Assembly (NCBI GenBank): GCA_009103225.1
Contig: RHPI01003116.1
Span: 124,001-188,000, forward strand
Reading direction: 5' to 3'
DNA from: Chlorokybus atmophyticus
Taxonomy: Eukaryota > Plantae > Mesostigma and Chlorokybus algae
DNA length: 64,000 bases
Shown: positions 52,801 to 64,000 of the stretch, piece by piece
How the letters are laid out: every line of letters starts with the position of its first letter
How positions within the stretch are numbered: the first letter of the stretch is position 1
Notes under the pieces: model-generated
The model's input: the letters and a program-made list of their open reading frames with translations, nothing else
Databases searched by the model: none
What the model was told of the DNA's origin: nothing
Translations under genes and position numbers: made by a program

Positions 52801-53400
52801 GAACGCTTCCCACAAGCTGCCTCACCTCCACCATCTGCACAAACACCAAGACACATAAACAACATGTAACGAAACATAACAATCTACAAGCCATCCAACA
52901 CTGTTCAACACTCACTAGCGAGGATGAAGCGGTGGATATCAGCAGAGGCATCTCCCTCTCATAAACCCGCGGGACGGGCCGGTCATCGCTATAGAAAGAC
53001 TCAAACTCCGAGTCTGATACACTGCTGGCCTGCATTGGATACAACGATACACAGGTATCATAACACATGCCATAGGACTTTGTCCCAACCCCACTACAAC
53101 AAGCCACTATCTTACATTGGCTGATGATTCCTTCTCATGCGTGTTTGAGGCAATGAGAAGCGTCCGACCAGATGCGATGTTGTCGCCATCGCTGTCATCC
53201 AGGAGGAGAGGGATGTCATTGTTGATGATACTTTTGTCGTTGATGTTCTTGAGGAGGTAGGAGACATCGCCGCTGCTCAAGGAGGAGGTGGAGGTGGAGA
53301 CGGAGAGGACCCAGTTGACGTTGACGAGGAAGAGCAGGAGGTTCACCACCAAGAGGCCGCCAACCGTCGCACGGACCATCCTGCTCACGCTACGCCGCAT
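49812..53400 (-). CDS. Type II membrane glycosyltransferase-like protein: N-terminal TM, a DUF1647-like module and a C-terminal GT-A module; 5' end and internal splicing uncertain, could be two genes
   Basis: TM segment VGGLLVVNLLLFLVNVNWVL (~53370-53310). LISTASS, LVGSVHYWHPELQIRLYQ|VGEISAADASEISLWRGVEL. TIAIGVPST..LLPSLL..IYVGVDIGD..YVWNRLFDIAREEGAEYFMAAHDDTEF (51100-50705; HDD resembles DxD). THSEVFG..YP..WIGRVYG. Last exon ends LGAYA-TGA at 49812-49814. Confidence 0.65.
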
Positions 53401-54789
53401 CAGGAGGAGGACTATGACGACAGCGACGAGGAGGAGGAGGAGGAGGAGGGCGGCGGTGGCGACCAGGCCATATACATGCGACAGACAGCTAACCCCCACG
53501 TGTATGATGATACACCCTGGGATAAACCTGTGCAAACAGCGATGGCGGCGAGCTCTGGGACGACGCCCTCAACAACGCCGCCGCCTCTGCCGTCGCCGCC
53601 GCCAACGGGCGCTGCTTGCACAGTGTCCATCTTTTGGATGGTGTCACGTGACTTGCGCACAAGCTTGCCTGCTGCTTGTGCGCTGTCGCACAACGGACTT
53701 GTGCGCCACGACCAAAGAAAAAGTGACATGGCATGAAGCAAAAACTTTCCTTGTGTTACAGGGGCTTTAGCTGTTTGTGTGTGCCACCTCAGGTGTGTTG
53801 TCGCCAAGGGTTGTATTGTTGATATACGCATGCTATACGGCTGTATCAGTGGTTCCTGAGTATTGTTGGTAGGTGCTCAAGCGGCGTTGGAGAGATCTCA
53901 TAACCTGCTGTGATAATATTTCCATAGTAGCCTCTTCCAAAGCCCATCCCATTGACTTGACATCAGTATCCCCGTATTGAACTAACAGAATTTCATCGTT
54001 GGGGGCGGTTTCACTCTTAAGGTACTATCTCAAGCTAGCTGATCATCGGTTGATGTATGTCCCAAAGCTCTGTCTGCAAGGGCATCCTTGCAAGCAACAA
54101 CAAAGACACTCACCAGAATACGCATGGCACATGTTCTTTTCCAATGCTATTATTACTATTTCTGCCTCGCTTCACTTTGCAATATTCACGAACAGATTAT
54201 TTATGCACAATTCTTTCACAAATGGTTAACCAATATTTACCCCCATTCATGATTTGATCTGTGAGGCTGATGCATATACTGCAGACATGCACCAGTCTTG
54301 CCAGCAGATGCTTGGAGTTGTTACTACATATGTATACCAAAGAGAGTTCTGGTTGTATCTGCTACATTTTACATTATTTGTACCAGAGTTTCATCATTCA
54401 ATATAAGCACAATGATGCAGATATCTGTTCGCTTGTTTGCGCGTATACACATGTCTGTATGTGCGCGTGTGCGTGCGTCCTCATGCACACACATACACAG
54501 CACGCGCACACACACTTACACACACACGTGCACGCCGCCACGCACGCATGCACGCACGCATACAAACTATTGACGCGCATACAGAGTGAGTGCAAGTATT
54601 TGTCCATGTGAGTGCCGAGCCACAATCAACATGTAGAGCAACGCCAATCCACGTGCATGCATTCTATACGCCTTGGCCCTTGCAACCACCCCGCCCACAC
54701 CCACACCCACACCCACCTTGCCCCACCTACCCACGCCATTCCTCTCACCCCTCCCCACAGGCTCCCCACACAGAAGAACTCCTCCTCCC

Positions 54790-56225
54790 ATGCCTTCCCC
54801 CAACAACCCAAGCACCCACACCCACACCCACACCTCCCTCTCGCTCTCCGACAAGTACCACCTGGACGCCGTCGCCCGCCTCGGTTTCGCTGACCGCAGA
54901 CCCGACGACCACCACCATGTGGAGAATGAGGGAAGGGAGTACGTGCCGGATGGGGACGTGACGGGGAGGTGGAAGGTGAGGATGTGGGAATGTGGGGGTG
55001 GGTGGGTGGGTGGGTGGGGGTGGGGTTGTGGGGGTGTGCTTGGTCACTGGTGATAGTCAGCTAGTTCAGTGGTTCGTGTGCTTTGAACCCGAAAGTGACG
55101 CCCTTGTCTGTGTTCTGCGTGTGTTTATCTGTTTTTGCAGGCAGTCTTCTTCGACTTTGATGTGAGCATGAGGAGAGAAAGGGACACACACACACACACA
55201 CATATTGCATGCGTCCCTCCATATTCTCACCCGCAGGGCACCATCGCGGACACCAACGGCGTGAAGGACGACGCCTTTGCGAAGATATTCGAGGCGTGCG
55301 ACAGCGACGTGTTGCGGCAGATCATGGACTACCATCGGGCCAACGGAGGCGTGTCGCGGATCGCCAAGTTCAGGTGGGAGTTAAAGTGTCACCATGTTGG
55401 GTTGCTTGGTTGTTGGGTGTGATTTGTGGGTGAGTGATCGACTGGTGTGGGCAGGCACATCTATGAGCACATATTGCACAAGGAGCTGCCTGACAGCGAA
55501 CTGGATGATCTGGCGGCAAGGTTTGTGATGCTGGATGAACTTATACATACAGTGTGTGTTTATGTTAATCTGCATGATGTGCGTGTGCGTGCGTGCAAGT
55601 GCACGGGTGCATGCCTGTGCACGCTGTGTGTGCGCGTGCGCAAGCGTGTGTGTGCACATGCGTATGCACGCGTGTATGGGTGAATGTTTCCATACGCGCG
55701 AGTGTGCGTGCACTTGTGTATGTGCTGATGTGTTTCAGTATGCGTGCGTGCGCGTGTGTGTTTGTGTGTAAATCCTTGTTTGTTAACTCCTACCTTCACA
55801 CCACCCAGGTTCACTGCTTTGGTTGAGGACCGTTGCATCGCGGCGGGCAACATACCGGGTGCAATGGAGACCATACGCGCCCTCTACGAAGCCAAGGCAC
55901 GACACTCTAACTCTACTACTACTTTACCAACGTACACACATGCACACGCACATTTATATCCACCACATACACACATTTGTGTCATGATGTCCACAGGTAC
56001 CCATGTTTGTTGTCAGCGGGACGCCTGAGGACGAGCTCAAGCGCATCGTCCACGCAAGGGACTTAGACAAGTAAGTGCGGACATGTATGGCAGTCGTAAC
56101 AACCTGCACACCGCGTGGTGTTTGATGTAAGGACTGAATCCTCACTATCACCGATGTAGGCTTACAATGTACTTTCTGTGGTGATGAGTAACTCAATAAC
56201 AACAAGCTTCACACACTCACACACG

Positions 56226-56257
<32 letters not shown>

Positions 56258-56525
56258 CCCCTCTCCCCCCAGGTTCTTCCTCTCCGTCCGCGGTTCCCCT
56301 CCCCCCAAGCCCCTCCTCGTCTCGGACCTCCTTGACCTCCACTCCCTCTCCCTCGACGCCCGGGCGCGCTGCCTGCTCGTCGGGGACGGGAGTCTCGACC
56401 AGGAGGCCGCCAGGGTGAACGGGGTCAAGTTCCTGGGAGTGGTTGGGAAAGGAGTGAATGGGTTTGGGGATGGGGTGGCGTGCTGTTATGGGGAGGTGGA
56501 CTTGCATTGTGCGCCGAGGGAGTGA
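54790..56525 (+). CDS. HAD-superfamily hydrolase (phosphoglycolate phosphatase-like); start codon uncertain
   Basis: Motif I AVFFDFD|GTIADTNGVK, cap YHRANGGVSRIAKFR, motif II VVSGTPEDEL, motif III GSPPPKP, motif IV LVGDGSLDQEAA; TGA at 56523-56525. Confidence 0.9.
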
Positions 56526-57731
56526 GAGGGGGGGAGGATCCGCACGTGTGAAGTGCGCTGTGACAACCCGAGAATTGCGCATCCGTCTAGTCATGCATGC
56601 ATGCGCATGTGCGCGTGCGTGGCTGGCGTGTGTAGTAGTCTGTGGATCTGTGTGCGAGTTGCATGTGAGTGAGATTGGTGTTTGCCGGAGGGCGTTTGGT
56701 TTTTGCAATGCGCACAGCTCCGAGCCAGCTGTTGTTGTCCTCCACTGCAAACGCACTATAAAGCTGAGGGCGCACAATAGGTGCATGCATGCAGTCATCT
56801 ATGTATGCACAAAAAGCAATCCACAGAGGTAAGCCAAGCAGACCAAAGCACTAGTTGTTACCTCGGAACAAGCCAACAGCAAGCAAGCAAAGACAACAAG
56901 CAAAGGGCTGGCCCCTAACGATTTCAAACTCAAACAAAAGTTTCAACACCCACGCAAACAACTATAGAAACTTGAGGTACGGTACAGGCAGGGCAGGAGG
57001 GCACTGGCAGCAACCACAGCTTGCATAGCAGCCCACCTGAAATTAAAAGCGCCACGTGTTAGCAGCTGCCAGGAGTGGGCAGTGCTAATCGTGGCGGCCC
57101 CGCACTTTGGGTCCGAAATCGCCAGCTTGCTACTGTCACAACACACAACGGCTGCAGGCTGCGAAGTGAGCAACGGACGCTTCTGGCAAGTGCCATGTAC
57201 AATGCATTGGCGCATGGCAAGTGAGTGCAGAGCATGCAGGGGACTACGCAGATGAAGGGACCAACGGCAAGCGATGCAAGAAGAGCAAGCAGCTTAGCTG
57301 GATCATAGAAGAGCAAAATTAGCAACCATGGGACTCATGCTCCCCGCAATAGCCGAACCTTAGCTGTATCATGTGGTATAGGTACTTGGCGGAGACTCTG
57401 CACAGTCCTCCAGCTATGTGTATAGCAGATGCAGCTGGAAATCTCGTGCATGAAAGGTCATACACCACAGTGCTGTCATGCACACGCGTACCACATGTGT
57501 CATGCACACACGTGGTACGCATGTGCTTGACACACCCGTACCACACGCGCGCGCGCGCGCATACGCACACATGTGGTAGGCGACGCCACTCTGTGCGGGT
57601 ACTTGACTGTAGCTACTTGTGCTCGGCAGCAAACAAGAACATACGTGTCTATGACACGCATTTAGAAACTGAAATCGTTGCCAGATGTTTGCAATTATTG
57701 TAGATAACTCGTTGCTACGCACATAGCAACG

Positions 57732-60680
57732 CTATTCTGTCTTTTTGGACTCAGCTTCTGAGTCGCTTCTTGCTTTGGACTTATCATCATCGCCTGATGA
57801 CTCATCAAACTCCAGCAACTATGCAGAGCGGTTGATTAGAACTCCGACCAGTTTTCAAGTGCACAGCAAAAGTGTTCAAGAAGTTGACGCGTATCGTCAA
57901 AGACCAATTGCACGAGAGCTTACCTGTTTCAACTCTCCGTTCTTCAGACAGTGCACGGTGACAAACCCGATAACCCCCGGGACAATGTACAAAAGCGCGG
58001 GTTGCGCAGCCTGTAACAACAGTAACAACAAACCACCCATCAATTCAACCATTGCTAACTTTACTAACAAAGACTGTCCTGTTGACCAAAAGTACAATGC
58101 CCGATGGTGTCAGCTCTCCTTACTGTACGGTTAAAAGCTGTGCTTGCATACAGTTACACATAACTCGAATGCTTACCTGGAAGATGTTCATCACCGCGAT
58201 GGTCGTGCCAAGCCCCGCAGCGTAGCCAGCGAATGCAGAGTAGAAGTAATGTCGCCTGCCCTTGCTGGCAATATCATACCTCAACACCAACGCAACGAAA
58301 ATGCCTGCATATAACACAGGTATAACACGAGTTGAAAAAGGTAGCTTGAATCACACAGCAAGCACAGTTTAGGCTGATATCTGGAACCAACTTCCGTTTA
58401 TGTCCCAACCGAAGGCGAGGTGATCAAACCGGTGCAAAGCAGCAGAGTGGATGCACGACACGGACTACACAATCACGCACATGCACGCGTGTGCATGCTC
58501 ATGTATCCATGGATGAACAAGAATTGCATTAGTGAGAAGATACCTGGTATGACAATATCGCCCAGGCCCAGCATGGAGAACGGTCGCGTGGCATCCGCGC
58601 TGACGGTCGGGAACAGGAGCTTGATCGGTGCGTCGAAGGACTTGGCCACGGACACCATCACGGGCGTGCAGAACACCCAGAAGACATCATACACGAACAG
58701 CCCGCACAGCAGGATGCACCCGATCTTGAAGCTCCCTAGCGAAAGAAACTCAATGCCCTGAACGCAATGCGCCATGTTGGTTTGCACGCATAATGTTGAG
58801 CAAGTCATCCCTTGCGAAAGCACGTGCATGTGAGTGCGTGCTCGTATATGTGTGCGTGTGCGTAGTTGTGTGCACATGTGTGGTACCTGTATTGAGAATG
58901 CGAGGCCGAGTGTGTTGTTGGCGAGCCAGTGCTTGGCTTGGTAGTACCACAAGCAGAACATCAAGCTGAGAGCGCCCGCTATCGCCTGAGGGCCTGTCAG
59001 CTCTATCTCTAGTGGTTCTGCAGAACAATGTGTGACGCATAAATAAACATGTGACACGTAATGAGGTACATCTGCACAACAGGCGAGGTAGACAAGCATT
59101 GCCAACTAAATGCTTCCTGAGTTGGCAAGCAAGTGTGGACGGTGCACATCGGTTCATACAATGGGGTATACAATGGAATAACAACAGTTGCTCACCCATA
59201 CTACAGCACAAGTAACTCTTTTACACAAGGAGTTATGCTCACACAAGCAAAAAGATTTACCTTTGCTCACGTAAGGTAATTGGAGTCGCCATGGCCCCAG
59301 CACACGGTTTCTCAGGGAGGCAGGCATTGCGGGAGCTAATAGAGGACTTAGCGTGGCCCTGAGTGAGCAGTTACACATCGTTGGTGCACATGAAAAGAAC
59401 ACAAGAAAAAGATGCCAAGCCATTCGTGTCAAAGACATACACACAAACCTGAACTTACGTCAGAGCTAAGATGCCAAGGAAGACAAAGTAGGCGGTAAGG
59501 ACGGCGTTGACCAGCTCCTTGGGCACAAACTTGAAGAGCAGGAACAGCGAGAACAGCACGGCGCTTCCAATGAACGGGAAACGCATCGCGTCGTGTTGGG
59601 ACATCGTTTCCTGCAAACAAGCACCGTACAGGTTGCTTGTCAAGTGCAACCAATTGTGTGCATTCTTAACCGTTTTGGGGTCACAGAATGCGGGTACACT
59701 GCACATGATGTGACCATCCTGCAGTAATGTGCTTTTATACAGCAGTTGCTTCATGCAATTGGCTGAAATGTCAACCAGCTAGAGACGATACTATCCAGAT
59801 ACCATGCAATACTATGCCGAGACATTGTGGCTTGACATGAAGTGCACAGGATCAGAATAGCACATGCGCCTGCTTGCTCAAAACTTACTTACAAAAATCC
59901 TGTAACTTGGCCACGTGTACTAGTGTAGCCATGTGTGCTTACATGTGCATAACATGTGTTATGTCTGTCTGCATGCATCCCAACTGGGAAAACACACCCT
60001 GCAAGGTACTAACAGACGCTGCAAGATTGCCATTTCCAACATGTGCATACCGTTGGCGCTGTCAACTTGACGGATCTGTGCGCGCCAATGTAGACGGTCA
60101 GGCAGGCGGTGACCACAATGTTGATGTTGCTGTTGACCGGAACCACGAGCGGTGCTGCTGCCACAACTGTTGCAACACCCAACAGTTAACCTTACAGTTC
60201 CTGCATCTGAAGCCTATGCTGACTGAATTTCTACCATTGCTGTGTATTTTTTCAAATAGAGCTGACTTTGAACTGATCATTTGCACGCATTGCCAAACAG
60301 CAGTGAAAAACTATGCCATGTGCACAGCGACATAGTGCCCAACCAATCCAAGCAATTCAAAACAACCTTTTTTCGTGTGTCAAACAATTGAAGCCAAGAA
60401 TTACAAAGCGCATTGCCCTGTGTTACAACCAATGTGACGCCAAACGTGCTTGCTGTCAATGTGTATGCCGTCGGACAGCCTAACCACCACTAAGTAAGGT
60501 AAGAAGATGAATAGGCAACTGTGCTTAGTAGATGTACATTGACGCAGTGAATGGTGTCCTAATGTAATGGGATGCAATGAAGACAGAAATTAGGTTTGCC
60601 AATGCACTAAAACCGCGCTTGCTGCTTGGGTACAACTCACCCGCTAGCAGCAGCTGCTCCCAAGCCATGGGGTAAACCAT
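57732..60680 (-). CDS. SPP: Signal peptide peptidase (HM13/SPP, GxGD aspartyl intramembrane protease)
   Basis: APLVVPVNSNINIVVTACLTVYIG; ETMSQHDAMRFPFIGSAVLFSLFLLFK; HWLANNTLGLAFSIQ|GIEFLSLGSFKIGCILLCGLFVYDVFWVF (YD); PFSMLGLGDIVIPG (GxGD); QPALLYIVP (PAL); C-terminal KKTE-stop, a KKxx ER-retrieval motif; TAG at 57732-57734. Confidence 0.97.
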
Positions 60681-61538
60681 GGCTGTTAAGAGCTTGTAAC
60701 TCCGCTCCGCTCGCACGCCCAAATCAGGACATTAACACCAAGCGCACCAGATTGCCACTGATGTGACCTCAACTCCGCCAAGACCGGCGCCTTCCTCGCC
60801 GCCGCCGCCGCCGTCGCCGCTGCCGCCGCCAAACACGGTTAGTGCGCAAGCCACAGCGCCGCCGGAGACGGTTAGTTGCCAAATGGCAGCGTGGCTCAAC
60901 CAGCAGTTGTTAACCAGGCATGCTAACTGAGGCGGTGCCAACGTGGTCAGTGGCGTGGGCGGCGACGTCGGCGGTGGCGACGGTGACGTTGTCCCCCTGC
61001 GCAGCTGGCAGGTGAGCTGCTGTTGCGTGCAGTGTTTGACTGTAACCGCGATGATTGTTACGGCGTATCAAGCATGCAACCGAGTAGAGCTCCGGTGCTT
61101 GGCTTTGTCCTTTGCTGCTGGCTTGGCTTAGCTTTCGCACTTGCGCCAAGGTTGCAGCATGCTGCGACTTGTGTTGAAGCGTCAGTCTTCTGGTTACACA
61201 TTTTCAGTGTGCAAATAGCATGTGTACGCGTAGCATGAGTTGCTGCTGCGGACGTGAGCGTGGGTTTAGTCTCTGGCAACAGCATGCTGCTCTGTGTGGC
61301 TCCGCGCTTTGTTGTGCCTGTGTTTGCAAAGCTCAGCGCTAATTACGTGTGCGTGCGTGCGTGCGTGCGTGTGGGCATGCTTAGTAATGTTTATTGGCAT
61401 GCAGCAAACCTGCGCGTGCAGGTTTCATGTGCCATGCGCTTGCCAGGACTAAACTTGGTTATTGTTGTCGCAGTATCTATACGTCAAAGACAAAGGTTGC
61501 TAGCTTGTTGATTGGTGGCGGTGTCCGGTCAAGGAGGT

Positions 61539-64000
61539 ATGGATGGCGGTGCAAGCCAAGTAAATGAAGCCACCCTGGCGCTATTCTTACAAATCACAGG
61601 GGCAGACTTAGCACAGGGGCGCAACATCCTTGAGGTAGGTTAAGTTGTGACTCCATAATCACCACAACAGCAACAACAACCGATATTCAACCAACCACTG
61701 CGCGCGCATACATGGGCGGTTATCAAGAGATCACTTCATTGCGCTTCGCAAGTGAACCTTGTAGTTTATGGCCGAGTGCATGTACAGCTTCAACACAACA
61801 CATGATGTGAATTAATTTTACTTCACCCTTGGCTCACAGGCGGCCAATTGGCAGCTGGAATCTGCTGTCAACTTGTTTTACATCAACGCAGCAGATGGCG
61901 GTGGACCAACAGCTGGTGTCGCAACATCCACAACTTCCAGTGAGCCCCAAACGGTGCCAACGTACGTGCAGCTACTTGTCTTGTAGTGCACATGTGTGTT
62001 TGTTGATGTTACCCGCATGCCAACGTCATTCTGTTCTGATCAGCTCGCGCGAAGAGTTTGTGAGAGCACCCATCCCAGCAAAGCGTGAAGTACTCTACCA
62101 AGAAGAGTACTTGGCTCCAAGGTACTGCGTGCATAATATTTGTTCAAACCACAAAATACGTTGCCAACTGTGCATCTCTTACCTATCTACACCATGTTCC
62201 TCGTCGCTCGACTACTGCCACCATGTATGTTAAACATCCACAGCTGTATTGGTGGTTCATTGTGGCAACATCCCTAATGAATGCTTTCTCTGCAGTTTTC
62301 GTGCATCAGCATCTGCGCCACAGGTCACTGTGGATGCATTCAGAGATTTCAGGGCGGAGCAAAATGGTGCTGCTAGTGCTGATGGCAGCGCGGAGGCCAA
62401 AGGGCTCGCTGCGCTGTTCAAACCACCCACAGAGATTCTGTTTGCAGGCAATTTTGAACAGGTGCATTTGACATCTGTCTATGCCTGAACATGTGGGCAT
62501 GTCATCTTAGCTGACTTACTAACTGAAGCCGGTATCTGTCGGACATGCGGGTATTCCATTGCAGGCGAAAGCAAAAGCCGTGGAACTTGACCGATGGCTC
62601 CTTGTGAATATCCAGTCCGTAAACGAGTTCGCCAGCCATCTCGTGAGCATAGTCATTGCATGCATTGTTGCACAGTCGACAATCTCCATCCTAGCTGATT
62701 CCTGTTAGTGGGCTTGAATATAGGAACTTACGAGTTGGCCTGTGCCTCATGTTTGCAGCTTAACAGAGATACATGGTCGCACTCCGCTTTGAAGAACATC
62801 ATTAGTTCATCATTTGTATTCTGGCAGGTATATACACCTACTCATCCCCTTCCAACAGTGTCTACTCTGTGCCTCACTTTTTGTGTATGCCATGTTGGAC
62901 ATCAGAGGGATCAGAGCTCTGAGGAAGGCGCAAAGTTGTCAACGTTCTATCGCATCACTAACACCCCCGTCACGATGGTCGTGGATCCCGTCACAGGACG
63001 CAAGCTGCGGATGTGGGAAGGTGTTGTGGAACCAGAGCGCTTGCTAGAGGTTGGTAGGATCATGACATCTAACGCATGCGTGCCAACCCTATCAGGCAGT
63101 CGCTTGCTCTTGACTTGTCTACTTAGTGTTGAGTTTCTCCCCAGTGGATTTGTGCAAGCGCACGCTGGACATGGTCCATCATGGTCTGCTGTGTTTCATT
63201 GTCACTGGTTGTTGTGCCGCTGAGACAGCTCGATCTGCTTGCAACATTTTCAGCAATGCAGTCGTTTCTGCAGGATATGGTGCAGTACCTTGATCATGGG
63301 CCTATGAAGAACCCGAAGCGGTTCAAGGATGGTTCCATCCCGCCACCGCGCGTACAGGCAACAACAACTGCCTCTACTCCTGCTCTTGCGTCCAGCAGCA
63401 AAGCTCTTAGCGAAGACGAGGAGCTTGCACTTGCACTAGCTGCCAGCATGGAAGGCGCAAGCGGCTCAGCACCCGCCCCCATTGCAGGTAGGAAACAATG
63501 CAGATGAGTCAGTATTACATTGCCCACACGCGCGCATGCGTACGCACGCACATGCTCGTGACTTGATACCATTCCTGGCATGCAGAGAGCCCGCCAAGCG
63601 TAGACCCTGAGGAGCTGCGCAGACAACAGGCTGCGGCGCTAGGCGAGGAGCCGAGCGCCTCGGACGCCAACGCGTGCACCATTGCTGTTCGGTTACCTGA
63701 CGGCCAACGCGTCCGAAGACGGTTTCTCAAGGCCCGACCTTTGCAGGTAACTCGACATTACAAGCACAGAACACTCATCTTCTAAACAGTTATCTGGTGA
63801 ATGGCCACTGGTGGTACGGTGTGAGTACTTATCTTTACTGTTCACTTTCTGTTGTGTGTGCAGGAGTTGGGGACATATTGCCGCTCGCTTACAGCGGATG
63901 CAGCTGCGGGCCGAGCGTTTCGTTTAGCTCCATCCGTGCCGGGGTTAGCGCCGTTGGATCTGAATAGCAACCAGTCGCTGGATGTCGCAGGGGTGGCTGG
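61539..64000 (+). CDS. PUX7: UBA-UAS-UIM-UBX CDC48/p97 adaptor PUX7/UBXN7; runs off the window end
   Basis: UBA-like LFLQITGADL..LE|AANWQLESAVNLF; VRAPIP; LAALFKPP..LFAGNFEQ|AK..RWLLVNIQSVNEFASHL|LNRDTW..FVFWQ; VVDPVTGRKL; UIM LSEDEELALALAASM; UBX IAVRLPDGQRVRRRF. Confidence 0.93.

Noticed and set aside
53288-53770. Plus-strand acidic or Arg-rich ORFs (DEEEQE.., RRRRRR)
   Set aside because: They are the antisense shadow of the hydrophobic minus-strand exon of the GT-like gene.
57059-57722. Possible small gene between HAD and SPP
   Set aside because: No coherent exon chain or recognisable motif; probably 3' UTR sequence.

Overview
Eukaryotic, intron-rich genomic DNA from a flagellated green alga (Viridiplantae). 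Evidence: short spliceosomal introns full of (CA/GT)n repeats, TGTAA poly(A)-type signals, proteins close to Arabidopsis orthologues, and axonemal genes. Thirteen protein-coding genes can be reconstructed by splicing: LSM14/DCP5 (5' truncated), dynein light chain p28/DNALI1, a TRPV-type ankyrin channel, a PITP-B-box-DUF547 fusion, QCR8, a class 3 lipase, ABCF3/GCN20, TAM41, EFHB/CFAP21, a type II membrane glycosyltransferase-like gene, a HAD hydrolase, signal peptide peptidase and PUX7/UBXN7 (3' truncated). Most are arranged as head-to-head pairs. Accessory DNA includes a decayed CRE-like non-LTR retrotransposon split by a ~0.9 kb TIR element, an exact 1.65 kb duplication ending at an N (probably an assembly artefact), and an AT-rich island at ~18.6-24 kb with long hairpins and a stop-riddled ORF containing a 3x ~875 bp tandem repeat. 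The strongest novelty candidate is the PITP-B-box-DUF547 gene: splice phases are continuous between the domains and the inositol- and choline-binding residues are substituted. All calls come from manual translation and recalled family motifs; no database search was run, and exon boundaries marked ~ are approximate.
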